This document shows, piece after piece, positions 12,480-25,986 of a DNA stretch of 64,000 nt (the first letter of the stretch is position 1; every line of letters begins with the position of its first letter). Both the position numbers and the translations under genes were made by a program. Below the pieces are notes generated by a model. That model saw nothing but the letters and a program-made list of their open reading frames with translations. It searched no databases and had not been told where the DNA came from. Source of the stretch: Callorhinchus milii (lineage: Eukaryota); the NCBI RefSeq assembly GCF_018977255.1, contig NW_024704743.1:99388001-99452000 (forward strand), given 5' to 3'.

Positions 12480-13175
12480 ATTTATCATATCATCGAGGTG
12501 CCTCAAAGCACTTCACAGGATTTTATTGTAAAGTGTAGTGAATGTATATTTGTAGCAAACGCAGCAGCCAATTTGCACTCAGCAATGACTCACAAACAGC
12601 CATGATGTAAGTGATTAATTTTATGTCTGAGACACCAGGACAATCTCCCTTCTCTTTTTGAATAGTCCCATGGAATCTTTAATATTACAGACGTAGATCA
12701 AATATTACAGGTAAGATAGACCCAGCCAATTTCTTCAGAGCATTGCAATCAAATATGACTAGAGGCTATCTATATAAATTCTAGAAAATATATTTAGAAC
12801 TGATATCTGGAAAATGCATATTTACTCAAAGAATGGTAATGTTTGGAATTATCCACCAAGCAAAGTAATAATGGCAAATATTAAGATTATTCAAGATACA
12901 ACTGGGAGAGTTAATGTACCAGAGGAATTAGTATAGGTTGACCTTTGTTTCTTACTGAAGCATGCATTATTTTATGTGGTGAACTTAATTATAACAATAA
13001 TAATAATTCTTACATTTTTACGTTCCAAAGCACTTCAAAGGATATACTGTAAAGTGCAGTACTGTGTTTTCTAGATGAATATGGCAGCCAATTTTGCACA
13101 CAGCAATGTCTCACAAACAACCATGAAGTGAATGACCAATTTTATTTAGAGGTTTCTTGGCCAGGACACCAGCAG
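12480..13175 (-). mobile_element. Two degenerate Deu-SINE 3' halves (about 12480-12685 and 12990-13175)
   Basis: Each has CAAAGCACTTCA...GCAGCCAATTT(T)GCAC...CACAAACA...GACACCAG, as in other Deu-SINE copies. Confidence 0.7.
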
Positions 13176-13309
13176 AAAAAGTAAATAGTTTATCTGTTAA
13201 CTTTTTATGCGTTGTCTCTTTCTCTTGCTGTTTATGTTTTGTTTTACTGTCTGTTTGATTTAGAAAGAAAGACTGGACAAGCTAGAGCTTTTTTCAATGG
13301 AGATGAGGT

Positions 13310-13640
13310 GTCTGCGAGAACTGTTTAAAACAATGAGAGGATTTGATAAGGTAGACATTTCCACTTGTTGGTGAGTCCATAACAAGGAGGCATAAATATA
13401 AGATCACCGGCAGCAAATCTAGAAGGGGGTTTAGGAAGGACTTCTTTACGAAGAGGGCGGTGAGAATGCAGAACTCATTGCCGGAAGCTGTGCTTGAAAC
13501 TGACATAATGAATGCATTTAAGAGGAAACATGATGTATAGTTGAGGGAGAAAGTAATAGAGGTTATTTGGATTGGTTGAGGTTAATGTGTGGCATAGACT
13601 AGTTGGGCCAAATGGCCTGTTTCCTTGATGAAATGTTCTG
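13310..13640 (+). mobile_element. CR1 3' fragment
   Basis: GGATTTGATAAGGTAGA...ACAAGGAGGCATAAATATAAG...TTCTTTACG...GGGCCAAATGGCCTGTTTC. Confidence 0.85.
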
Positions 13641-13657
13641 ATTAATTCTATGTAATT

Positions 13658-13952
13658 ATAACAATAATAATCCTTGCATTTCATATAGCGCTTTTCACGT
13701 CTTCTAAACGTCTCAAAGCACTTCACAGAATATACGTGAATTGACTGTATATTTGTGGGTGAAACGTGGCAGGCAATTGCGCACAGCAGTGTCCCACAGA
13801 CAGTCATGGATTGAAGTGACCAATTTATTATTGTTCTTTTCTTGAGGGATTATTATCAGGCGTGTGGAGTAAGGAAACTTACCCAAGATTTTGCCCTGCT
13901 GGTCTCTCGCTTGCGAGGCAAGTGCTCTAACCACTGAGCTACAGGACTCCAC
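13658..13952 (-). mobile_element. Young tRNA-Ala-derived SINE (B box deleted in this copy)
   Basis: Head GTGGAGTCCTGTAGCTCAGTGGTTAGAGCAC; L2-like tail and (ATT)n; near-identical to 17012-17332 and 46691-47010. Confidence 0.93.
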
Positions 13953-15029
13953 TTGTGGTATGATCTAACCTTGTGGTATGATCTAACTGGTGACTTGCAC
14001 TATATTTTTTGTCACAGTTACTCTCTTGCCTCCATCACTGCAGACTCTGCATTGCTGCATGCTATAGGGAACTCCATGACCAGAAGACACACCTTCCTAT
14101 GGGTTGTGAGCAGCTGGCAGCAGAGAGGGGGATAACCAGGGACTACCAGATGGCAGCACATTTGTACCTCTCAACAGTAACCTTGCTCCCTGTCACTAAC
14201 AGAAGAAAATAAAAACACAGCACTGGAGATCTGCCTCGCTTGTGTCACTTTAACCACAGCCTCAAAACCTTAGTTGGGTTAGTATCACAGTTATCACGTA
14301 AATTTACAAGTGGTACATTACTCACTTATTACTCATTTAAAGAAAGTAATAATTGAGTTTCAATGCCCAAACTATGTGGTGAAACTATGTGGTGAGTAAT
14401 GAGCTGTAACATGGTGTTCCACTTGACATTGTCACTTGTGACTTCACCATATCCTTGACTTTGCTACAGCCTTTATGGTTCTCTAAGCCAATAAAAGACC
14501 TCTTTGTAAGAAAACATCTTCACTCTGGAAAGGGTCAGGAACATATCCAGTTAAAGGTGGTTGTATCAACCTAGATAGTTACGATGAAGTGAAATATTAT
14601 ACTGAAGTGACGTAATTTATAAAAGTCAAATGGTTATTGCAATGGAATCTGTCTGGGTCACCAACTCCATTATATATGCAGCAATGCAATGCAACTTCTG
14701 AATACAATTTGAATAAAAGTAATTACTTAAATATTCTGTTACTTTTGAATTGTCAGGTTGAAAATATTGTTTTTTTACTAATAGTGCCCTGAAGCAACTC
14801 TGCACAATGTAAATAATGTAATAAGCTTCTCAACCATTAAAATGTATGAAATGCTTAGTGTCAAGAGGGATTTTTTTTCAACAGCCATTGTGAATATACC
14901 CTATAGATTTCAGATGCGCTGCTGTTATTCTGAATATTCTATTTGTTAAATGGCTACTTTGCAACATATCTTAACAATAATTCTTAATTAAGAAATAAAA
15001 GGTTGACATTTGGGATGTTTCTTCATTTG

Positions 15030-15610
15030 GGTTTTAGCTGTCTGGATATCTGACACATGCAGAAACCTATTACCAACCCATTATCCAAACCAAGCTGAGA
15101 GTTCCTAATATGTAAGCCACATACATTATATTAGAATGCTAAGTCTCTGGGGGGACATGTCCTGTTTATTTAATTACACAGAGTATTAGGGAGAGGTTAG
15201 TAAGAGCCAAGACTTGGGGACCCCAGAGCGTGTGTTGGGGTACAACTGGAGTTTAACCAGTTAAAATCATATGGCTTATTACTGAAAGCACTATGTGGCA
15301 AGTTTCCCACTACCTTTCCAGATATGACCACCCTACCCATTTCGGCTTTGGCTTTTAGGATTAACAGGAATTGAGGGGGAAGAATTCCTGCTTCCAGTGA
15401 CTGATGAGCCAGGCTGACTGGTCTGTTATCGCCAGTGCTCTGGAGTTCAGTGGACGCATCTTGCTCAGGAAGAGGACTACCAAGACTGCCACAGAAGGTT
15501 GGCTCATTTCTAACATTCAGTTGGCAACAATGTCACCTTGGAGCCAGCTCAGCTTCAAGGAGACCCCACTTACCTGCCCTCCCAACCATCCATAACCCCC
15601 CTTCCCCTGG
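15030..15610 (+). repeat. Unclassified ~600-bp interspersed repeat, family U
   Basis: Collinear blocks TCTGACACATGCAGAAACC, GGAGTTTAACCAGTTAAAA, AGGATTAACAGGAATTGAG, CAAGGAGACCCCACTTA shared with 20200-20770 and 52278-52850 (minus). Confidence 0.8.
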
Positions 15611-17011
15611 AAGTGTTCCTTAATGCTAATTATAACAAACAATGGGTTACGAAATACCTGCAAATTTGTTCTTTAACCAACAAACATTGGTGTAAAGTCT
15701 CCTTACTTACCTCAGTAATGAATGCACCTCACCTGGTCTCAAATCCACACAGTTTAGATGCAAGCAATCTAGTAAAACCCACACAGGAAACTAACTATTT
15801 GGGGGAACCTGTCCCTTGTCTTAATTAGCATGAAGAATGCATTAAAATACAGTATATCGCCATTTTTGGATCTACGTGTGTTGCACCGACTTGTGGGCAC
15901 TACTCCAATCTGATTTGTTTATGAAGAGGAATTGCCTAGAATTGGTGTGATATGTGATACATATCGAGATACAGAAGGAGACTTCACTCAGATTTCTTAA
16001 GAAATCCTGTTAAGAAATAAGATTGCAAAAATGACCCTTGTGCAACCTCAGATTTGTGTAACGTTCCTCCATATTTTATGAAAAACTTTACAAAGTAAAG
16101 ATACACTGCAGCTCTGTTATAGGATGCGTCAGTATATTGCTGGTTCAGATATTCAGCACATGATAGACTTGTGATATACTGACTTCCTGATTCCAGTGCA
16201 CTGAAAATGTTGGTGAGGAGGAGTTGTGATTGACTGATGATTTCCTGTGTATTGTATATGGTGCATCAGAGCTTGATGCCATGATGTTGACCATGGTAAC
16301 CCAGAATGTGAGCTCAAGCTCTCACTCTATAAAGTTACTTTTTAATTACTTTTTAAAGACCTGAACTGTTGCATTATTACAGGCCTGAAATTTATAATAA
16401 CAACTTGCATTTATATAGCGCCTCTCACGCAGCACGTATACCCTGCAATAACCATGCCTTACACCTTTAACTAGGTAGACTATAAATAATAATAACAACC
16501 CTTTCATTTGATATAATGCCTTATCTTGTCTTAAACATCTCAAGGATTTACTGTAGAGTCTAGTGACTGTATTTTGTAAGTGTGGCTTGAGGCAATTTGC
16601 ATACAGCAATGTCCCACAAATAGCTTTACAGTGAACGACTGCCACCTTGAAATCATACGCCAAGATGAGCCAATGTTCTCTGGACAGAAAGGGAGAAAAC
16701 TGAAGGTGAGGATAACAAAGTTGGAAAATATTTCTAATATGTTTGGCTGGAGGCTAGTCTTACTAACGATAGGGTTTCAGACAACGTTCACAGAAACTAG
16801 ATCAGGAGGTTAATTGTTTGAGTGCTGTTCTTCATATTCATGTTGTTGCTGGTATCATCTTTCTGTGACATGTGGGCAGTTGGTAGCAAAGAGGAAGATA
16901 ACCCCAGAGAATAAATTGTAGCTTATTCATACCACTACCTCCTGCAGTAATGCTGCTCCCTGTTACTCTCAGCAGGAAAATCACAGCACTGCCTACCTGT
17001 AACTGCATCCT

Positions 17012-17332
17012 CAATAATAATAATATTCCTTGCATTTGATATAGCGCTTTTCACGTCGGGAGGACGTCCCAAAGCGCTTCACAGAATATACTGTAAAGTG
17101 AATTAACTGTATATTTGTGGGCGAACGGGGCAGCCAATTGCGCACAGCAATGTCCCACAAACAGTCGTAGATTAAAAATGACCAATTTATTATTGTTTTT
17201 TTTCGAGGGATTATTATTAGGGGTGTGGAGTAAGGAAACTTGTCCAAGGTTTCGCCCTGACCTGCCTGGAATTGAACTGAGGTCTCTCACTTGCAAAGCG
17301 AGTGCTCTAACCACTGAGCTACAGGACTCCAC
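17012..17332 (-). mobile_element. Young tRNA-Ala-derived SINE, full length
   Basis: A box TAGCTCAGTGG, anticodon loop TTTGCAA, B box GTTCAATTCC, L2-type stem-loop tail, (ATT)n. Confidence 0.95.
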
Positions 17333-18954
17333 TTAGCTTTCAAGGTCCATCTAGGTCAATTAAGCAAAACCTCCAGAATACTCTTCCACTTCCCCTCTCG
17401 AAACCCACCCAGTCCGACCCCCCCACCCTCCTGATCACCAGTATTAATTCCCATCACCCATCCCTCTACGGATAATAATCTCAGTCCCAAATCCATAGTG
17501 CCCTGTGTGACCATGTAATACCTGATCCGATCAGTCTTTCACTCTATCATCCAAAGGAGAGGAAGGTTCTCATGAGAAAATACAAGAGGCTTGGCGCTAC
17601 CAGAGTGAAGCAACAACCACAGTAAAACAAGAAAAAAATCAGAACCAAATCCTGACAGTGCTGTAAGGAACCAGATTGACTAGGTGTGCAGAAATCAGAT
17701 GCACATTTCTACACACTTAAAAACCCCCCAGACTTAATAGAGATCTGAGCCACATAGTACATTAGTCAGGACAGAAACTGGAAGTCATCCAAACTGCAAA
17801 TGGACCACTGTTGAAAATTGCACTTATTTTTTTCATAAAGATTTCCAGCAGATGCCTGGCTGCTACTCATCAGAAAGGAGTAAAATAAATGGGAGAATGT
17901 GTCAGATGGGTTAGATGGTGATTTGCTTCTGGTCCCTCTGCACATCCATGCTGGGCTCACTTAAAGGGACAGATCAATTCAAAGCTAAAATGATCTATAT
18001 CTGTCAAGGTTTGAAGAAAGTTCAAGTCTGCAGTTTTATTTGACGTTCATCCCGAGTGCATAACCTACCAAAAGACTGCTCGTATTCTGCCCTATTTGCT
18101 AAGTTTAGCAAATTTGCTGCTGAGCTCTTGTAAATAATTGATAACATTTCATCTTGTAGTGCAATTTTATATTTGGGTTATTTCTATGAGAGATGAGTTA
18201 TTTATAAATGTATAACAGCAAATTTGTTATAGTTAGGGAATGAGGGAGAGTAACACTCTGGTTCCCAAAGCTCGCTGTCATATTTGGACTGAGAGAGTGA
18301 CTTCCCTGCTCCATGGCACCCATTAATTTTACTTGGAAGGAAGGGGGAGGAAAATCCTCCTGATTTTCTCTTCCACTCTGTTGGCAAATAGCCTAGTCTC
18401 CATTTGAAATTTCAAAACAATTTAGTGGCTGCTGTTAGGCTAGTCCAAAACCTATACGTATTATAGTCATTACTGAAAGAGACGTTCTTAAAAGGTTCAA
18501 TGGGATCACATTGAAAATCGTGAAGCATCACATTTTTTGCTCTACTATTGTTTCGTGATAGTTTCCTCTCTCTACCAGTTACAAGCCTTCTAAGGGGGCA
18601 GGTGTATCCTTGATGAACTAAGTGGCCTTTTCCTGCGTTGTAAATTATTATTGAATGTGTGTCTGTGGCTTGAATCTCAGGTCCCAGAATTGGAACAGGT
18701 TAACCAGAAATGCGCTTTAAGGGCAGAGCACTGGACTCATTTAAAAACAGCTTGATGCTCTGAGGGAAGAATTGTAGGGTGAGCAGTTCAGAGGGATGAG
18801 ATAAAATGGGCAGAAAGTCCTTCTTCGTGATTACCATTATTTCACCCTACTTTATACTAAGTTCCACACCAATCAGACCTTTTCAGTGTATTGGCACTGC
18901 TAATTATCAACCTCGCTCAGAAAGGACATAGCATAGCTGCCATCAAAAATAATA

Positions 18955-19125
18955 CAAGAATAATACTTGTTTTTGATATAGCTCCCATGAAGTTGAAATA
19001 TCTCAGTGTTCTGCCGATAATTGCTGTAAAGAGTGATGATTGTATTTTTTTAGGCAAACTTGGCAGCCAATTTGCACACAGCAGCATCCCACTAACACCC
19101 ATGAAGTGAATGACCAATTTATCTT
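18955..19125 (-). mobile_element. Degenerate Deu-SINE 3' half
   Basis: TTTGATATAGC...GGCAGCCAATTTGCACACAGCA...CATGAAGTGAATGACCAATTT. Confidence 0.7.
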
Positions 19126-20199
19126 GCCATGTGCTTGCTGCAGGGGGTACTCTGCTGAGATTGGTGGTGAGGTGTTAGGGGCGGGGTGGTGTTATATTAC
19201 TGGGCAGAACTGAAAGAGCTTTTCTCTGCAGATGGCCCTGCATGTTGTCCCTATCATAGCTGATCTGGACGTGTTTGATCCTATCTCAAAATATGAACAA
19301 TCGGCTATTCCTCAGCCCTGACATCTGTCACTTTGATGAGCATAAACACTAATAAGTACTAGGAACCAGAAAATGGAGAAATGTTATGTATATGAAATAT
19401 AAATTATCGTAGATTAATGTAGCGTAAACTGGGATTTTGACAGATAATTAAATTGGGCGTCTGTACCTTCAAATTTGGAATCCTTTTTAAATTACAGGAA
19501 TTTTCAAATTGCAAAAAACAAAACCCTGTTTTATATATATATTGTATATAAACATTATCCAGCTGGGAGAAATTCAACATTATGCAGTTTGTTTGGGTTG
19601 TTCCTGCTTCTAAACACAAGCCCCTCATTGATGTTAACCATCAGACCCTGTGCAATCTGAGGCAGCCTCAGAAATGGCAAGCATGCTTCAAATTGATAAA
19701 AATTAATTGTTATTGTCTTTCGTATATAAGAAAAACAATTTAACACTGCATGACAAAAACACAAAACAAAATACCATATTGCAACAAAAATATATGAAAT
19801 AGAAACTACGTCAACACAACACAACATGCCTCAAAGGTTTATTTTCTATAAATTATGCATTCTGCCTTTCCTATTTATATCTTTTCCAGCACTTTACATC
19901 TAATGCTGCAATCTTCTTATGTGTCAGTTTTGGTCAGTTGAGGGGCTCTAGCTATTTAAAGCGACTTTGTCAGTTGTGTGAGTCATCTCAGCGCAGCTAA
20001 GTGTTTTTGCAGAGAACATAGCAATTCTGGTGCTCTTTATTGTTTTCTCAAGTTACATGCATTGGAACATCTGTCTGCCTGACAAATTTATGGAATATTG
20101 TGTGAAGCATTTGTAATTATAGGCATTCAGTATCAAAGAAAAAGTAAGCTAAATGTTGCAAATGAAAGATACATTTGGGGAATGGGTGAGGGATTTATT

Positions 20200-20770
20200 T
20201 TTGGTCAGGTGGGTGTCTGCCAAATCTGGAACCCCATCACCACACCTAAAAGTATCCGAACCAGACTGAGAATTCCACATATGCATAGCGCATTTAAACA
20301 TAGCAATTTCCTGGTGTCTAGAATGGAATGCGAACTTTCTCTCTGGTGGGTCGCACCTTATGTACTTAATTCCAGAGAGTATTTGGTATAGATTGGGCCC
20401 AGGGTATATATCTGGTTACTATTGGAGTTTAATCAGCTAAAACCACACATGTTGTCATTGAGACTACTGTCTAGCAAGCTTCCCACTGCTTCTCAAGATG
20501 GTTTGCAGGGTTAACAGGAATTGAGTGGTAAGAATCCTTACTCCAGGAGTCCAGTCAGCTCCTACAAGTCCTGCCGATGAGCCCGGCTGGTCTGTTACCG
20601 GCAGTGCCCTGGAGCACTGTGGACCCACCTGGCTCTGAAACCAGACTTCAGAGTCTGCCACAGAGGATTAACTCGATTCTGACATTTTGCCAAGCACATC
20701 ACATCACATGTCCATCTGAGCTGGCTCCAAGGAAACCCCATTTAACTCCTTCCCCTCCAATCCCCAGGAT
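20200..20770 (+). repeat. Unclassified repeat family U copy
   Basis: AGTATCCGAACCAGACTGAGAATTCC, GAATGGAATGCG, CAAGCTTCCCACTGCTT, CAGGGTTAACAGGAATTGAG blocks. Confidence 0.8.
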
Positions 20771-21519
20771 TGCTGGTCTAGCTGGGTGAGGGAAGGATTG
20801 TGATCATTAATCTGTTTTTCTTCTCCTTTTTGCTGACTTCATTCCTCCAAGTCATGTTTCTTACAGGAAGAAGAGTCATTTGAGACATATGTGAGACCGT
20901 AAATATAGGACTCTCCAGTAACTCCAAATGACATAATTCAAAAGGCTTTTCAGATTATTTCTTTGTATTAAGGTGGGTGCAATTCTCATTAGTTTCTAGC
21001 ACTTGCCTTTTTAGTCAGGGGTCATTCAGAAATCAGAATAAAAAACGTGTCCTCCATAGCCCTGAGGGGTGCTGAGTCTAGAAACATTCCACCTGCATCC
21101 AGCTTTATTGTATTTTTGTTCTATTTCCAGCTACAAATATGCGGTCATTACAGTTACCATAAATCTTGAGAGGCACTCTGAGATGTTTCGATGATGTGAC
21201 AAGAATACAAGAATTATTTTTGTTGTTACTATTTAACAAGAGCAGTGGTGGTCTCATGGGGCATGGGTTGGCCATCACTACTCTAAATTTATGCCAACTT
21301 AATTTATGGCATAAATCAAGAAATATTCAATGAAGAAAATTCATTTTGTTGGCCAACCATAAATGTTGGCCACTATTGATTTAGAGCATTCAGAATTTGG
21401 CAAATTGTTGAAGCTGGTTTTCAAATTCAAAATGAAAACTGTATTTACGAGTTTGCTAAATTCTGCACAATGTAAAATGCTAAGAAAATTTGGCGTACAG
21501 GTAGAGCATACAGGAAGTT

Positions 21520-22030
21520 AAAATAGGAGGCACATGTACTCCATGAATGGGATAGAACTTGCTAAGGGAACTTTGAAAGAGATTTGGGTGTCAATGAACA
21601 TATCACTCACAAGGACGAAACAGTTTGAGGCAGCAACAAAAAAAGCAAACAGGGTGCTGGACATTATTGTCAAATCAGTTGAGTTCAGATTCCCAGAAAT
21701 TATACTCAAGCTGTACAGTGCTTAGCACAGGCTACACCGAGAGGACTGTGTACATCTCTAGTTTCTGTGACGTGGAGGGCTGCCTAGGCTCCAGAAGCAG
21801 TGAAAAAGAGACCAAATAAGATGATCCCTAATGTTAGAAGAAGGAAGTATGAGCAACAATCATATGTTAAGGCTCTTCAGTCTTGGAAAAACAGATGTCT
21901 CAGAGGAGACCTTACAGAGATGCATGAGATTTTAAAAGGGAGTTTAAAGTAAATGCAAAACAATACTTCCAGGTATGCACAAACAGCAGAATAAGAGGTC
22001 ACAGTTCAGGGTAGTAAAGGTATGTTGTCA
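21520..22030 (+). mobile_element. Old CR1 ORF2 fragment
   Basis: YSMNGIEL...KKANRVLDIIVKSVEFRFPEIILKLYSA peptide typical of the CR1 ORF2 C-terminus. Confidence 0.8.
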
Positions 22031-23378
22031 AGGCTGGCACTTCAATGAAGTGCTGGGGGGTATTGCATTGCCAGAGGGGTCATCTTTTGGATGGGATTTA
22101 GGATGGGATTTAGAATGGGATTTAAGGAGAGAGTTCAAGAGAGAAGAGACACAGTAACTGAAAGCACGTTCCGCACAGGTTGAGTGGAGGGAGCAGAGAA
22201 TGTGAAGCATGTCTGAGTTAGAAGGAAACATGCTAAGAAAATAGAGTAAATCTAGATTATTAGATCCAGATGGAAATTCTTCCCTTACATGATGCATTGG
22301 ATTATAGCGCCAAACCTAAGTTTGAATCCATTGAAAAGATGAAAATGTGTTTTGTCTGTTGATTGTAAGGACCCTAAGTAAACTGATGTAATGAAGTCTC
22401 AACCGAATTCCTGAAGGCGACTCCAATAGTCTAAAATTAGGCAGAATTTGGTTGCTAATTTCACCAAACTGACAGCCTCATTCAAAAAATTATGTGAATA
22501 CTGGAATGAGAAATGGAAACATCACACTGTAAGTTATGTAAGGAGTGCTCTTCAAAGATTGTTCTTGAAGCGTAAAGCAGAAGGAGCTTTGATGTAACAT
22601 CTGGCTGCCTATGCCATACTTGACCTGGCAGTGTATGCCACAAACACTGGTTGGAACTAAAAAATCTTCCATTGCCCAACAATGACATCCATCATTATAA
22701 TAAGCATAAAATCCACTCCCTTCAAAGAAAAGATCATAATACAATTGTTTTCGATAGTACACTGTTAATTAAGTTTGGAGGTTTAGAAAGTTTTCTGCGG
22801 GTTACCTTCTGGAACGTGGTCATATTAATATCCAATGGGTGTTTCACAGAGAAGGAAATAATTGATAATCTCACACTTTAACAATGGATTCAACCAGCTC
22901 CAACATTTAATTTTGACTCAGTGGATCTTATTAAGATTCATAGAATTAATCACAGAAATCAGAGACAGACGAAGAACGCAAACAACAACCTTCAGATTAA
23001 TCAGTTCAAATAGGAACTATTCTCATTACTGGTCTTGCTCAGAGTGATATAAAAAAGCTTAACCTCATATCTGACATTTAAATAAAATATGCACATAGCT
23101 GAAATCCATTACTTTCTAGAACTACAATAGTTTATAGTCCCTAGTTGTTCTCTATTTAAATTTATAGAAAAGATCAAAGACTAGGTGATTTTCCTGTGGT
23201 ATGAATAAATACATCTCGCTGAATTGTTGTTAATTATTTGGACACAAGGGAACACCTCTGATCCCAGTTGTCAGGAAATTCATACACCATCACTACACGG
23301 TCTTGAAAACTTCTTTAAATGGAGATTATGCCCCTGCCATTCTGCTATGGCATTATTTGAAAAAAGAGAAGGGAATTT

Positions 23379-23590
23379 ATAATAATAATAATAATAATCC
23401 TTGCATTTGATATAGCGCTTTTCACGTCTTCTAGACGTCTCAAAGCGTTTTACAGAATATACTGTAAAGTGAATTGACTGTATATTTGTGGGCGAAACAG
23501 GGCAGCCAATTGCGCACAGCAGTATCTCACAAACAGTCATGGATTGAAAATGACCGATTTATTATTGTTTTGTTTTGGAGGGATTATTAT
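23379..23590 (-). mobile_element. Young SINE, headless 3' part
   Basis: (AAT)n CCTTGCATTTGATATAGCGCTTTTCACGTCTTCTAGACGTC...GGAGGGATTATT; a plus-strand Deu-SINE piece follows. Confidence 0.9.
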
Positions 23591-24851
23591 GAGTTTCTCC
23601 CAGTGTCCTGGTCAGCAATTCCCCAGGTAAACATAATTATTTGTTTCTTTGCTGTTTCTTGGACATTGTTGATTGCAAATTGGCTGAAATGTTTGTCTTT
23701 AAACTTATGCAGTCACTACACTTTACAGTTGTTGTTGCTGTTGCTGTAGCATATTATTTAGTTCTATGTAATATGTCAAAATATCTCAGTATCTCAGTTA
23801 CTGTTCACCAATTGTTTGCTTGCAAATATACAGCCACTATATTTAAAAGTAATTTGAGAAGTGGTAGTAATAATAAAGTGCTTTGAGAAGTGATAGCAAT
23901 AATAATAATAATCCTTACATTTGATATAGTGTCTTTCACATTGGAGGACATCTAAAAGTGCTTCACAGGAAAATGCTTCACTATAAAGTGGAGTGTCTAT
24001 TCCATAGGTGAATGTCATCCCAAGCATTTTCCTGTGAGCCACTATATTAAATGCAAAGATTATTATCATTATTTTCCTGTCTCTATGCTTCTTCCATTAT
24101 TCTTTCAGAGAGATCTGTTGTGGTCCATTGTCAACCTTATTTTTACTGACAAAATGAATTTTAGCAAAAGGCAACAGGTAGAGGAGAAGAAACACTAACT
24201 TCTCTGTAATTACAGTAACTGACTGCTCTTCACAGAACGTATATTTCTTCACAGAATGTGTAAACAGATATTGAGTTTACCTTTAATGTTAGCTTAATAA
24301 AAGTCTGGTTGTCAATCCAATGTGTCGCTATCTTTTTAAATTACTTTTTGGATTGTCATGATACCCACAGTGCATATTGCATTTCCATTATAAAATGGAG
24401 CCATATGCTTTCCAAAATTATTCACAGATAAATTATATTAAAATGCAGAAATATTACAGAAATATACCACATTTTTAAAGTGTTTTTCAAAATATATGTA
24501 TGCACATTTACCCATGCTTTTGATTGTGATATACTTTGCATTTGATATAGCGCCTTATTGCATCATGAAAACAACAACAAATGTTCATTTATATAGTTTC
24601 TTTCATGTCAGGACATCCCAAGGAGCTGGGAAGTCCAGCATTTGCACCTAAGCTGGGGATGGGAGCTGGGGAGGGGTGGCAGCCGAGATATTGAGGTGGA
24701 CTATTTCAGACAAAAACATTTCAAAGTGCTTTACAGGATATACTGTAGTGTGTAGTAACTATATTTTGTAGACGAACCCACCAGCAAATATGCACACAGC
24801 AATATTCCATCGAATGACCAGAATCCTGGGAGAAATTCCTGTCCCTTTGTG

Positions 24852-25169
24852 AATAATAATAATAATCCTTGCATTTGATATAGCGCTTTTCACGTCGGGA
24901 GGACGTCCCAAAGCGCTTCACAGAACACACTGTAAAGTGAATTGACTGTATATTTGTGGGTGAACGCAGCAGCCAATTGCGCACAGCAATGTCCCACAAA
25001 CCGTTGTAGATTGAAAATGACCAATTTATTGTTGTTTTTGGTTTTGGAGGGATTATTATTAGGCGTGTGGAGTAAGGAAACTTGCCCAAGGTTTCGCCCT
25101 GCCTGGAATTGAACTCAGGTCTATCATTTGCAAAGCGAGTGCTCTAACCACTGAGCTACAGGACTCCAC
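24852..25169 (-). mobile_element. Young tRNA-Ala-derived SINE, full length
   Basis: Head, body and tail near-identical to 26103-26422. Confidence 0.95.
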
Positions 25170-25986
25170 AAATACAACAACAACAACAAGATTCCATTTA
25201 TAGAATTTATAGAATAGTAAGGTGTTATCTTTAACATCCATCTGAAAAGGGAGACAGAACTTTGGTGTAACATGTCATCTGAAGGATAGCACCTCTTGAA
25301 AGTACAGTGAAAGTGATAGACTGCACAGGAGTATGAAATATGAAGGATAAGATCAAATGGGTCGAAGGGCTCTCTTCATCTGAACAAACTGATCTTGTGA
25401 ATGGTAAAGCAAGCTGAGGAAGTTTCACAGCTGCCACTGGTATGAGCATTCCCTGCAAAGAGTCAAGAATTGACTGTGAAAACTGATGCAGAATTAGGAT
25501 TGTTGGGAATTCTATGACTTGACAGATGCATGTCCCAAGCAACCCTGTCAAACACTTGTTGCACATCTAGTTTAGAAGTGTTTGCCATTTGTAACTTAAT
25601 GAAGTGGCTTATACATTGATGAATGATCACCTCTCTGTATCTTATTCGGTTTGTCAATCAACACTGAAGAGCCCAACAATTATCATCAGGTCACCGCCTT
25701 TTCAGAGAGCTGCAAATTGGATATACTGGTACAAGACGGAGCAGAGTGCTTTGGAATATAAGTGAGGTATCTGTGTTTGTGGATTATCTGTAAGTTATTA
25801 TTGTCTGTAAGTGATTATCCTCCTGACGTGAAAGGCACTATACAAATGTAATTTGTTGTTGTTGTTGTTGTAAGAGGGGACACAACTGCGCCACAATTGT
25901 GCAATTCTGCTGTTGATACAGTTCTGGAGTTTGATTCTCAGACTAGCTGAGGCAAAGTGAAAGGAAGTCCGGTGATGTGATGTTGT

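Noticed and set aside
15401..15425. Second hammerhead (CTGATGAGCCAGGC)
   Set aside because: No GAAA box follows, and the motif is not preserved in other family U copies
17051..17332. Recurrent ORFs MESCSSVVRALA... and ...KRYIKCKDYYYY as a gene family
   Set aside because: Chance frames through multi-copy SINEs; stops and frames vary between copies
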